Shown here in pieces: positions 8,971 through 17,139 of a DNA stretch of 64,000 bases. This DNA is from Thermoproteota archaeon. GTDB lineage: Archaea > Asgardarchaeota > Jordiarchaeia > Jordiarchaeales > Freyrarchaeaceae. The position numbers and the translations under genes were made by a program. Below the pieces are notes generated by a model, which made no database searches, was not told where the DNA came from, and saw only the letters and a list, made by a program, of their open reading frames with translations. Numbering within the stretch: position 1 is the stretch's first letter; each line of letters opens with the position of its first letter. Location of the stretch: the NCBI GenBank assembly GCA_029258835.1, contig JAPDJY010000031.1, positions 40 through 64,039 of the forward strand, read 5' to 3'.

Positions 8971-10143
8971 TTATATTCCTTCAAGCTTTTCTAGAGGGAT
9001 CTTCCTGAGGCCCACGTAGTAGGCTACGGCGTCGACTATCTTTCTTACTTCTACGGACTGGGACGGCTTGAGGTTTGCACTTAGGTTGTCTGCGACCCGT
9101 TCAACGCTTTCATTCACTGCATCGTCTTCGCCGAAGATCCGGTAGGTTTCAAGGTAGGCGTCGATGGCCTTGTGAAGTATCCTCTGGGTGGGGCACCTTA
9201 TCTGTCCTGGGGCAAGCTTCTGGTGTAGGTAGGATGATATTAAATCGGCCAGTTCAACGTTTTGAAGCTGTATCGTGCCCTGCTCGTATATTTGTCTTAA
9301 CTTGTCCACGAGGTCCACTATTTTCCTTAGGTTCGCCGAGTGTTCGCCGAGGCCAATCTCCTCCACTAGCTTATCCATGGCCTCTCTTGGGATCTCACGA
9401 AGGGAGACGTACGCGAAGGATGGCTCCTCACCTATTTTCCTACCGTTTACGTCACGCCAGCACCCAGAGTCCCATATCATGGGGATGAATGTTTTTTCCC
9501 CTAAGTATATCCCCCTATACTGGGTTGAGCCCCCCACCTTGGAGATGCTCATAACCATTTCCTCAAACTTTTCCTGGCTGAGGTATCCGGTCTCGACCAG
9601 CGAGATCAAAAGCTGAACCTCAGGTTCATGGTAGCTAAACCTTAAAGTGTTAAATCTGTCTAGGGCGGGTTCAGGCATTTGGGAGCCAACCCTACCTATC
9701 TCGGTCGGATTATAAGATATAACGATCATGTAGTCTGTTCCTCCAATCTCCTCCCCATTAGGAAGGACGCCGCGCCTTCTGGTGTCAAGCCAAGGGAAAA
9801 GCGTCGGCCAGATCTCGGACCTTAAGGCTATAGCCTCGTCAATGTAGAATATTCCTCCTTCCTCTATGACCTTCATGTGCTTGCTTTTCTCAAAGACCGT
9901 TTCGGATCCGCCATCCTTGCTTCTAAGCTCTCTTCTACCTAGAATGTCGGCTTCCAGCGTATCGCCGCTAGCCATGAGGATGGAGAGAGGCTTATTAAGC
10001 TTCTCAGCTAGAAACTCGACGAAACGTGTTTTTCCCGTTCCGGGTAGGCCCTCGAAGGCTAAATGCCCTCTAGCATAATAGGTTTGAAGGGCTCGAATGA
10101 CCTCGTCCATTTTACCATCTAGACTGGAAACGTAGAAGACCAT
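8971..10143 (-). CDS. AAA+ ATPase, MoxR/CbbQ/NorQ (AAA_5) type, with a ~190-aa unique C-terminal extension
   Basis: Walker A 'GLPGTGKT', Walker B 'IFYIDEA', sensor region 'VISYNP' and 'PEPALDRF'. Confidence 0.85.
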   Translation of the reverse strand: MVFYVSSLDGKMDEVIRALQTYYARGHLAFEGLPGTGKTRFVEFLAEKLNKPLSILMASGDTLEADILGRRELRSKDGGSETVFEKSKHMKVIEEGGIFYIDEAIALRSEIWPTLFPWLDTRRRGVLPNGEEIGGTDYMIVISYNPTEIGRVGSQMPEPALDRFNTLRFSYHEPEVQLLISLVETGYLSQEKFEEMVMSISKVGGSTQYRGIYLGEKTFIPMIWDSGCWRDVNGRKIGEEPSFAYVSLREIPREAMDKLVEEIGLGEHSANLRKIVDLVDKLRQIYEQGTIQLQNVELADLISSYLHQKLAPGQIRCPTQRILHKAIDAYLETYRIFGEDDAVNESVERVADNLSANLKPSQSVEVRKIVDAVAYYVGLRKIPLEKLEGI

Positions 10144-10548
10144 TTAGCTACCCCCTCTCTAAGAGCCTTCGAGGGTCAAACCCTGAGGACAACACAACGG
10201 AGGACATTTCCGCCGCCAACCAGCTATTTTAAATGCTTGAAAACTAATTGATAGAAAACAGTTTTAAATCTTCTCACCTAATAATCCCATCCTAGAAAAA
10301 GGGGCTTCGACCGAAGCAACCTACATCCACCCTTTTAAATCAAACCTCCCTAACTACTTCCATGCTTTAAGAATGCTCTTAATTTTACAAGGGATGCATA
10401 GTGGGTCCTCTACTTTCACGGTTACCTTGTGTAAAAAGATTTAAGTATACCGTTATGAGAAGGTATGACGTCCTGGGCGAGTAAGTGATCCAGCATCTAT
10501 GAAAGGGCAGGTGCTTCGAGACCTAGATGGACTTTCCACTTAAAAGTG

Positions 10549-10899
10549 TTAAGTTAAACGCTTACCGGTCAAGCCTTCTAGTATTACTTTTGCATGTAGC
10601 AGCGCGTTTACTGACTCCGACTTACTCATTGCCTCCTCCCCGTAATCCGCTTTCTTACGTTGCTCGTATAGTATCAGTAATTTTTCAGCTAACCGTGTGA
10701 AACCAATGCTTTTTAGAGTGTTCGCCAGCTTATCATCCCTTCTCGGAAGATGCTTAACCTTGCTTTTAAGAAAAATTTCTGTAGCCATTCGAGCAGAGAA
10801 GTACGCGGCACTAACAGCCTTGTTATAGCATCCAATGTCCAAGTCCTTCTCGGCCTCCCGCAGGAGAAGAAGAGCTTTATCCCTTAACTTAGCCGACAT
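10549..10899 (-). CDS. HEPN-domain protein (toxin-like)
   Basis: 116 aa and all-helical. N-terminus 'ALLLLREAEKDLDIGCYNKAVSAAYFSA' is HEPN-like. The gene overlaps the upstream gene by 11 nt. Confidence 0.65.
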   Translation of the reverse strand: MSAKLRDKALLLLREAEKDLDIGCYNKAVSAAYFSARMATEIFLKSKVKHLPRRDDKLANTLKSIGFTRLAEKLLILYEQRKKADYGEEAMSKSESVNALLHAKVILEGLTGKRLT

Positions 10900-11248
10900 A
10901 GAAACCCTCCATCCTAAAGGAGAAGTAGAGGGTCTCGTCTTTTGGGGTGCATGTCAGGAAGTTTATGCTCATGTCTCCTGCGTCAACCTCCTCCTCAGCC
11001 ATCCACTTCGCCCGGACAACCTCCCTCACAACGTCCTCCCCGCCCTCCCTCACAACCACGAGCACATTGCTCTCATAGAGAAGCTCATCCTCACGGGGAA
11101 GAGCTATAACGCTCACAAGCCGATCACCCAGTTGCTCATAACATTTATTAGCAAACGTATTAACCAGCACAGCCCACTTTGGAGAATCTTCAAAGTGGAT
11201 CACGTACCGAGGGAAAGGAAGACCTGTTTTAACACTCAAGTTAGCCAC
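10889..11248 (-). CDS. MNT-like (minimal nucleotidyltransferase fold) partner of HEPN, catalytic motif degenerate
   Basis: Position and size fit an MNT antitoxin. The expected GS...DxD region instead reads 'LVSVIALPREDELLYESNVLVVV'. Confidence 0.4.
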   Translation of the reverse strand: MANLSVKTGLPFPRYVIHFEDSPKWAVLVNTFANKCYEQLGDRLVSVIALPREDELLYESNVLVVVREGGEDVVREVVRAKWMAEEEVDAGDMSINFLTCTPKDETLYFSFRMEGFYVG

Positions 11249-11760
11249 CCTAATGGGATCTCATGGAAAGCGGTGTTTAAAAGGGTTCTCTTAAACGGCA
11301 AACGCGCTTCCCACGTCATGTTTCCTTTTCCTTCATGTAAATTTCTGTTTTCGCCGAGGTTCACATGCCTCCCTTTATTAGGAGGAGACTATTTGAGGTG
11401 AAAGTCGACGTAAATGCTAAGATTTACACTTATTAAGAGACGCATTATGAAGACAAAAATGCAGGGGGTAACAATGCTGTAGTTGATGGACGGGAGAAAC
11501 CTACAGGAGGAGGGGTGGTGGAGGCGTTAGCCCGGGTGATGTGGCTCCCTTAAAAACCACGCTTCTTCTTAAACACTCTTTTAAGGAGTTTTGGAGGTGG
11601 ATGGCGGAGGGGTTAAGTCTGAAGGGGGCGTCGACGATACACTTAACCTTTAATTAAGTGAGATAACGCTAAGTAGGTTGGAAGCTACGATGCGTTAAGG
11701 AGACGCAGAAACGCTTTTATTTCGGTAGGAATGTGAAGGAGTTAAAGGGAGAAAGTTTAA

Positions 11761-12438
11761 GTGGGTAGTTGTATGGGTGAGGTTGCTGAGAGACGGTGGC
11801 TTCTAATCGGCGGAATTAGCATTGTAGCCGCAGTACTTGCTGGTCTTCTAGCGCTTATCTTAGCTGTAACCCTTTACACGTCGTCACCCATTATGCCTGT
11901 TTACCCGAAGTTTCTACCGGTTAAACTAACTTTCCCCTGCATTAACGTCGGCTACAGCTTGTTCTGGCAGTACATAAGTGAGCTGGGTATGGGGCCGACA
12001 GCGCCGATATTTAACACTGGAATGATTATTGCAGGCCTCCTTGCCCTTCCATTCTTCACCGTTGCCCGTAGAGTTCTGGGGGGCTCCGTTGCAGCGACGG
12101 TAGGCTGGATTTCAGGGCTCATAGGGGTGCTCTGCCTGGTGGGAGTGGGATTATTCCCCATGACCCCAGCATTCTTCATGATGAACCCTCACGAACTAGT
12201 CTCGATTGGCTTCTTCTCCGGCATGAGCATTTCGGCGGCTTCCATAGGGTACTCTATGACGAGGAACCCGCTCTTCTCCAAGGTGCACGGGTGGCTGGGA
12301 CTGACTGTTACAGCAACAGGAATAGTCCTGGGAGTTGTTGGGACGCCGCTGCCGGAATGGATGGCTGCCATGGCGATAATCATATGGTTCCTCACGGTTG
12401 GGCTCTGGATGTTGGCTAAAGCATTCAGAATGCCTTAA
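11761..12438 (+). CDS. Multi-pass membrane protein (DUF998-like)
   Basis: About 6 hydrophobic helices. 'YISELGMGPTAPIFNTGMIIAG' resembles the DUF998 'IS.LG' signature as remembered. Alternative ATG at 11773. Confidence 0.5.
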   Translation: MGSCMGEVAERRWLLIGGISIVAAVLAGLLALILAVTLYTSSPIMPVYPKFLPVKLTFPCINVGYSLFWQYISELGMGPTAPIFNTGMIIAGLLALPFFTVARRVLGGSVAATVGWISGLIGVLCLVGVGLFPMTPAFFMMNPHELVSIGFFSGMSISAASIGYSMTRNPLFSKVHGWLGLTVTATGIVLGVVGTPLPEWMAAMAIIIWFLTVGLWMLAKAFRMP

Positions 12439-12481
12439 CATTTCTTACATTTCTTTTTCTTTTTGAAGGTGGGTTTCCAAG

Positions 12482-13450
12482 ATGGGCGGGCTGGATCGAT
12501 TCGTGGAGCTTGTCAGGTCGTGTGTGGAGTCGGCTGTTAAACGCAGCAGTGCTGATGGCATCCTTCTCTCAGGCGGACTTGACACCTCAATACTTGCCAC
12601 GTTGGCCTCGAAGACGCGTAAGCTGAGGGCGTTCACCGTCGCCCTTCACGGGGCACCATCCCCGGACGTGGAGTACGCTAGGCTCGTCGCGGGGCAGCTT
12701 GGAATTAAGCATGAAGTATATGTTTTCAGGCTTGAGGAGGCCTTAAGCGTAGTTTCGGAGGTCGTGAGGGTGCTAGGCGTCTTTGATCCTATGGAGGTTC
12801 GGAACAGCATAGCTGTTTACATAGGTTTAAGGGAGGCTTCTAAACACGTCGGAAGTGTTATGACCGGTGACGGGGCGGACGAGCTGTTCGCCGGCTACAG
12901 CTTCCTCTTTAGCCTTAAGGGAGAGGATCTAAAGGAAAGGCTTGAGTCAATGTGGAGGACGATGAGTTTTTCAGCTAGGCCTTTGGGGGCACACCTCAAC
13001 GTTGAGGTCTCACAGCCATATTTAGATCCAGAAGTGGTGAGGTGTGCAGCCGAAGTTCCGGTAGAGTTTAAGGTTAGAAGGGAGGGGGGTACTGTTTGGG
13101 GAAAGTGGATCTTGAGGAAGGCGTTTGAGGACGTCCTGCCACGCAGGATTGCTTGGAGAGTTAAGACACCGATAGAGGCTGGCTGCGGGACGTGTATCCT
13201 GCCAAAAATACTTGACGAGGCGATAAGCGACAACGAGTTTCTGGCTAAAAGAGAGCACTACCTTAAGGCCGATGGCGTTACGCTACGCGACAAGGAACAT
13301 CTCTTCTACTATGAAGCATACAGGAGAATTTTTGGTCCCCCAAGAATGGCTGTAAAAGATGGAGGGAAAAAATGTCCATACTGTAAGGCTGAGGTCCCAT
13401 TAAGTGCGTCCTATTGCAAAGTGTGCGGCGCCTACCCCTTACCATGCTAA
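12482..13450 (+). CDS. Asparagine synthetase-like PP-loop ATP pyrophosphatase domain protein (no glutaminase domain) with a C-terminal zinc ribbon
   Basis: PP-loop 'ILLSGGLDTSILA'. C-terminal 'CPYCKAEVPLSASYCKVCG'. Confidence 0.75.
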   Translation: MGGLDRFVELVRSCVESAVKRSSADGILLSGGLDTSILATLASKTRKLRAFTVALHGAPSPDVEYARLVAGQLGIKHEVYVFRLEEALSVVSEVVRVLGVFDPMEVRNSIAVYIGLREASKHVGSVMTGDGADELFAGYSFLFSLKGEDLKERLESMWRTMSFSARPLGAHLNVEVSQPYLDPEVVRCAAEVPVEFKVRREGGTVWGKWILRKAFEDVLPRRIAWRVKTPIEAGCGTCILPKILDEAISDNEFLAKREHYLKADGVTLRDKEHLFYYEAYRRIFGPPRMAVKDGGKKCPYCKAEVPLSASYCKVCGAYPLPC

Positions 13451-13559
13451 TTAAAGTCTACGCACCTATGATGAAGCCCTTTTGCGTTGCCATTACAAGG
13501 CTTCAGCGTGAAGGTTACGGTATTAAACGTCCACCTGAAGCCTCAGGCCCACACCTTCA

Positions 13560-13830
13560 AGGCAGCCACAGGTTCGTGTCCACGCCCCTTATCAGGGGAT
13601 GAGCTGTAGAGAAGTGCTCTTACCCGAAGCCTCAGCCACCCTCCCTTTTAAGGAGACTTGGGCTACTTGTTAAGTACGCTGATCGAGGAATCGACCTAAC
13701 TGGCTGTTTAAGCTTCCTGATAATGGAGGGCGATTGAAGGCGGCTTCCACCTCGGTTCGGATTGCGCCGTCTATGGATCCCCATTTCCATGACGTCGATT
13801 ACTTGGCCGGCGCCGCGCCTTAGACTACAC
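13560..13830 (-). ncRNA. Candidate structured RNA of unknown class
   Basis: A 488-nt gap with no credible ORF holds several local hairpins: 13585-13598 CCCC/GGGG, 13664-13676, 13681-13696 and 13768-13794. There is also a long-range pairing, 13563-13576 with 13692-13706. The 13681-13696 stem has a G-U pair only on the minus strand. Confidence 0.25.
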
Positions 13831-13937
13831 TTCAATTCTTCAATGCAGGCTTACGCAGCAAGCTTCAATCTTCATTCAATCTTCACGGCTTCTCACAGCC
13901 GGCGTATTCTACTTTCCCCATCAACATGAAGCAGCCT

Positions 13938-14513
13938 TCAGTTGGTGGCTCTGAATATTATGAAGGATTGCTCCGGGAGGAAGGTGAACTCCTGGCTGAC
14001 CTCGTAGCCCGCCTTCCCCATTTCCTCTATTATCGTTTCCCGGGGAACGTAGTGTCTGAACAAGCCGCGGAAGGTGAGGGGCTTCACGCCCTTATACTCT
14101 ATTATGGCTATTCTGCCCGCCGGCTTTAGAAAGCGCCTTAGACGCCTGAAGTACTCCACCCTGTCTGTAAGGTGATGGTACACGTTCCGCACAAAAACGA
14201 GGTCTATGCTTCTCTCGGGTAGAGCCAGCTCTCCCCCTCTGGAGAGAACTGTTTCAATGTTGGCTAGCCCGCTTCCCCGGGCAGTAGCCTTGATGAATTC
14301 TAACATGCCGGGATCGACGTCTACCGAGAACACCCGTCCGCTTCTTCCGACTACCTCGGCGAAACGTAGGGAGAAGAACCCTCCGCCAGAACCGATGTCA
14401 GCGACCCATTCCCCCCGCTTTAATCCTAAGGCTTCCAGTACTTCGCCGGGCTTATTCTTCGGGTTGGACGCTGCCCTATTAAACATCCTCGCCTTTAAAC
14501 TTGCAACCTTCAT
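13938..14513 (-). CDS. Class I SAM-dependent methyltransferase
   Basis: Motif I 'VADIGSGGGFFS', then 'VFSVDVDP' and 'DLVFVRNVYHH'. Confidence 0.8.
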   Translation of the reverse strand: MKVASLKARMFNRAASNPKNKPGEVLEALGLKRGEWVADIGSGGGFFSLRFAEVVGRSGRVFSVDVDPGMLEFIKATARGSGLANIETVLSRGGELALPERSIDLVFVRNVYHHLTDRVEYFRRLRRFLKPAGRIAIIEYKGVKPLTFRGLFRHYVPRETIIEEMGKAGYEVSQEFTFLPEQSFIIFRATN

Positions 14514-14859
14514 CCCCTTAACCCCTTGTTAACGCGTCACTCTATGTCTCCCTCGCACATAATTTAAGTGTTTTCGACCGTTAACGCCGGTTGCTTAGTC
14601 ATTCAGGAGGCGGCACTGAACATTTCCCGTGAAGAACTACAGCCTCTTGACGAGGAGGGGCTCTATCGATGGTGAAGGTGTACTTAGTGGTTGAGGACGG
14701 GCTAGGCGAACCCTCAATAACAGATGTAACGTAGATGCATTAGAAATACAGGTGATAGGTTTTGGTAAAGGAGTGTGGAGACATAGGTTCGACCCTCCTG
14801 GTAAAGAGAAAAGTGAAAGAGAAAAAGTGAGGGGAGATGGGGGAAGGCGTTTAAACAGT

Positions 14860-15771
14860 TCACCTCTTCTTTTTTGGCTTGATGAAATCAGGGGACATGA
14901 ATTCGGGGGCCGTCCAGTCGTAGAAGCCCTTACCGGTCTTCATGCCTAGCTCCCCCCTTTCAATCATCTCCTTGAGCGCCTCCGGAGGCTTATCATCCGG
15001 GTTACCGCTCTCGTTGTAATATGACATTTCGATGTCATAGACTACGTCCAAGCCTACGCCGTCCATCATTGCGAAAGGCCCCATCTTCATTCCCGTGAAG
15101 ATCATCCAAGCCCTGTCGACATCCCTGAAGTCAGCGTACCCGCCAGCCCAGATCTTCAACGCCTCCTTCTTTATTGCCCTCCACACCCTGTTGAACACGA
15201 AGCCTAAGCATTCCTTCTTCACGACGAGAGGTACGCAGTCGATACTTTCAATCCACTCCTTTCCCTTCTCGAAGGTCTCGTCGCTGGTCTTGCTCCCCCT
15301 CATTATGTCGGCCATGGGCCTGTCCGGGATCGGAGCGTAGAAGTGGATGTTTAAAACCTTGTCTTTGCGCTTAACAGCGTCTTCTATCTTTGAAACGGGA
15401 ATTGAGGAGCTGTTGGTTGCTATGATTGCATGGGGTGGGGCTGCCTTGTCGATCTGGGCGAAGACCTCCTTCTTCAGCTCCAGCTTTTCAGGAACTGCTT
15501 CGATGACGAGGTCGGCGTCGGCCACGGCCTCCGATAGGCTGCCGTGATACGTAACCCTGCTTTTATCCTCCTCGGGATTTCCCTTCCCCTCCTGCATGTA
15601 GTAAAGGTTAATGAACTGGGATATGTACTCCTTCGCGTTCTCCAGCGCCTCCGGGCTTATGTCGTAGACACGCACCCTGTAGCCGTGGATGGCCGCCCAA
15701 GCCGCGATCTGCCTCCCCATAAATCCAGCTCCAACCACGCTAACAGTCGATATTTCACCAGCCATTTTCAC
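14860..15771 (-). CDS. 3-hydroxyacyl-CoA (3-hydroxybutyryl-CoA) dehydrogenase
   Basis: 'VSVVGAGFMGRQIA' Rossmann motif, 'ATNSSS' and 'NIHFYAPIP'. It is a paralogue of the N-terminal half of 1476..3464. Confidence 0.85.
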   Translation of the reverse strand: MKMAGEISTVSVVGAGFMGRQIAAWAAIHGYRVRVYDISPEALENAKEYISQFINLYYMQEGKGNPEEDKSRVTYHGSLSEAVADADLVIEAVPEKLELKKEVFAQIDKAAPPHAIIATNSSSIPVSKIEDAVKRKDKVLNIHFYAPIPDRPMADIMRGSKTSDETFEKGKEWIESIDCVPLVVKKECLGFVFNRVWRAIKKEALKIWAGGYADFRDVDRAWMIFTGMKMGPFAMMDGVGLDVVYDIEMSYYNESGNPDDKPPEALKEMIERGELGMKTGKGFYDWTAPEFMSPDFIKPKKKR

Positions 15772-15854
15772 CAGTCTCCCTCGGCTTCATATCAACTTAA
15801 ATTTTAGGCAAAGCCAGCATTAAATTTTTCAGGGTGTAAAAAGGCTTGATCGGT

Positions 15855-17126
15855 TTATCTTTGAAGGCGGGACGCTAGCAGCTCCATCAGGTCTATCACT
15901 TTAAGCTGCGAGCCTGACGCTTTAGCGGCGTCGTCTAGGTTCCTGTTGCAGAAGGGACATGCCGACGTGAGCATTTGGGCCCCAGTCCCTTCAGCCTCCC
16001 TAATTCTTTCATTAGCTGCGAACGATGATAGCTCGGGGAAGGCTGACCTGACGCCGGCCCCGGCTCCGCAGCACCAAGCGTTCCACCTGTTTCTAGGCAT
16101 CTCCACGAGTTCCACACCTGGGATCTTCTCTATGAGACGTCTTGGCTCCTCGTAAACGCCCATGTGGCGTCCAATGTGGCATGGGTCATGGTACGTCACC
16201 TTTAATGGCTCGCCTCCGTTCAGCTTTATTAGTCCTTTCTCTATTAGTTCAAGAGCGTACGCCGGAGAGTGGATGACTTCAAACCCGTAGTCGAGCTTAA
16301 ACTTCTCTCGGTAGACCTCTTTTAGCATTCTGTAGCATCCTGCACAGGACGTCACAACCTTCCCGGCTCCGGTCTTCTCTATCTCGTTAATATTGTGCTC
16401 AGCACATTTTCTAGCGATGTCCGCCTGACCAGTCCAGACGAGGGGGGATCCACAGCACCATTCATCACTTGCTATGGTCACGTCGACGTTGGCAGCCTTG
16501 AGGATGGTCCACGTTGCTTCAGCTATGTTCCTCCTCCTGTACGAGGAGGTGCAACCCACAAAGTATACTACTTCAGCTTTTTCCGGTAGCTTTTCGTTCT
16601 TCAGCCAGCTTACACGCTCCTCGTGCGGTTCACCATAAGGGTTATGTTTCTCTTCAACGTACTGTCCAAACTGTAGGTGCTTTGGCATCCCGTACCCGTT
16701 CTTAACGGCTTCTTCCCTGACCGCTTGAAGCCACTCTAAAGCGTAATGGTGGATCTCGGGTATCTGGCACTGCTGAACGCAGTTCCCGCATAGGGTGCAG
16801 TGGAAGAATATTTCAGCTAAGCTTTCACTCCACTTAAGCTTTCCAGTAGACAGCCCCCATAAGAGAAGGTTTTTACCTCCTAGGTAGTATGACTCGAACT
16901 TCCTTAGCTCCCCGCTCGGGCAGGTCCTCATCCAGTAGGCGTCTTGGAAAACGTAGCGGCAGGTTCCACACTTGCCGCACAGGTAGAAGAGGTCAGAGTA
17001 GTACTTTAGGTCCTCAAAGCGGCTTAACGTCTTCTGCTCTGGAACAGAGAGTTTATGCGTTATTCCTTTCCCGGGTAGGAGAACTTGCATTGACTCGCGG
17101 AGCATTCTCTTAATCTTTTCAGACAT
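15855..17126 (-). CDS. Fe-S / CCG-domain subunit (GlcF / heterodisulfide-reductase-like)
   Basis: 'CGKCGTCRY' and 'CTLCGNCVQQC' ferredoxin-like motifs. Two CCG motifs, 'WCCGSPL' and 'WCCGAGAG'. ATG 17126 sits 7 nt after GGAGG; the ORF is open to 17150. Confidence 0.8.
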   Translation of the reverse strand: MSEKIKRMLRESMQVLLPGKGITHKLSVPEQKTLSRFEDLKYYSDLFYLCGKCGTCRYVFQDAYWMRTCPSGELRKFESYYLGGKNLLLWGLSTGKLKWSESLAEIFFHCTLCGNCVQQCQIPEIHHYALEWLQAVREEAVKNGYGMPKHLQFGQYVEEKHNPYGEPHEERVSWLKNEKLPEKAEVVYFVGCTSSYRRRNIAEATWTILKAANVDVTIASDEWCCGSPLVWTGQADIARKCAEHNINEIEKTGAGKVVTSCAGCYRMLKEVYREKFKLDYGFEVIHSPAYALELIEKGLIKLNGGEPLKVTYHDPCHIGRHMGVYEEPRRLIEKIPGVELVEMPRNRWNAWCCGAGAGVRSAFPELSSFAANERIREAEGTGAQMLTSACPFCNRNLDDAAKASGSQLKVIDLMELLASRLQR

Positions 17127-17139
17127 GGAAGTGCCTCCT

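Noticed and set aside
8688-8984. 98-aa ORF (minus) filling the gap between the AAA+ and vWA genes as a third system component.
   Set aside because: Its composition is Ser/Pro/Leu-rich and not protein-like, it has no motif, it overlaps the 3' end of the AAA+ gene and it lacks an SD-like sequence.
13468-13547. Possible C/D-box sRNA: ATGATGA at 13468-74 and CTGA at 13544-47 on the plus strand.
   Set aside because: The boxes are about 70 nt apart. No D' (CTGA) lies ~12 nt after the C box, there is no C' box and there are no complementary terminal stems. Most likely a chance occurrence.
13560-13830. Identification of the structured gap element as RNase P RNA or SRP RNA.
   Set aside because: Stretches like 'GGGUAAGAGC' and 'GACACGAACC..GGCUG' recall RNase P. 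However, the invariant CR-I 'GGAAAGUCC' is absent. The SRP helix-8 'GGAA...AGCA' loop pattern is also missing. I kept it only as an unclassified candidate.
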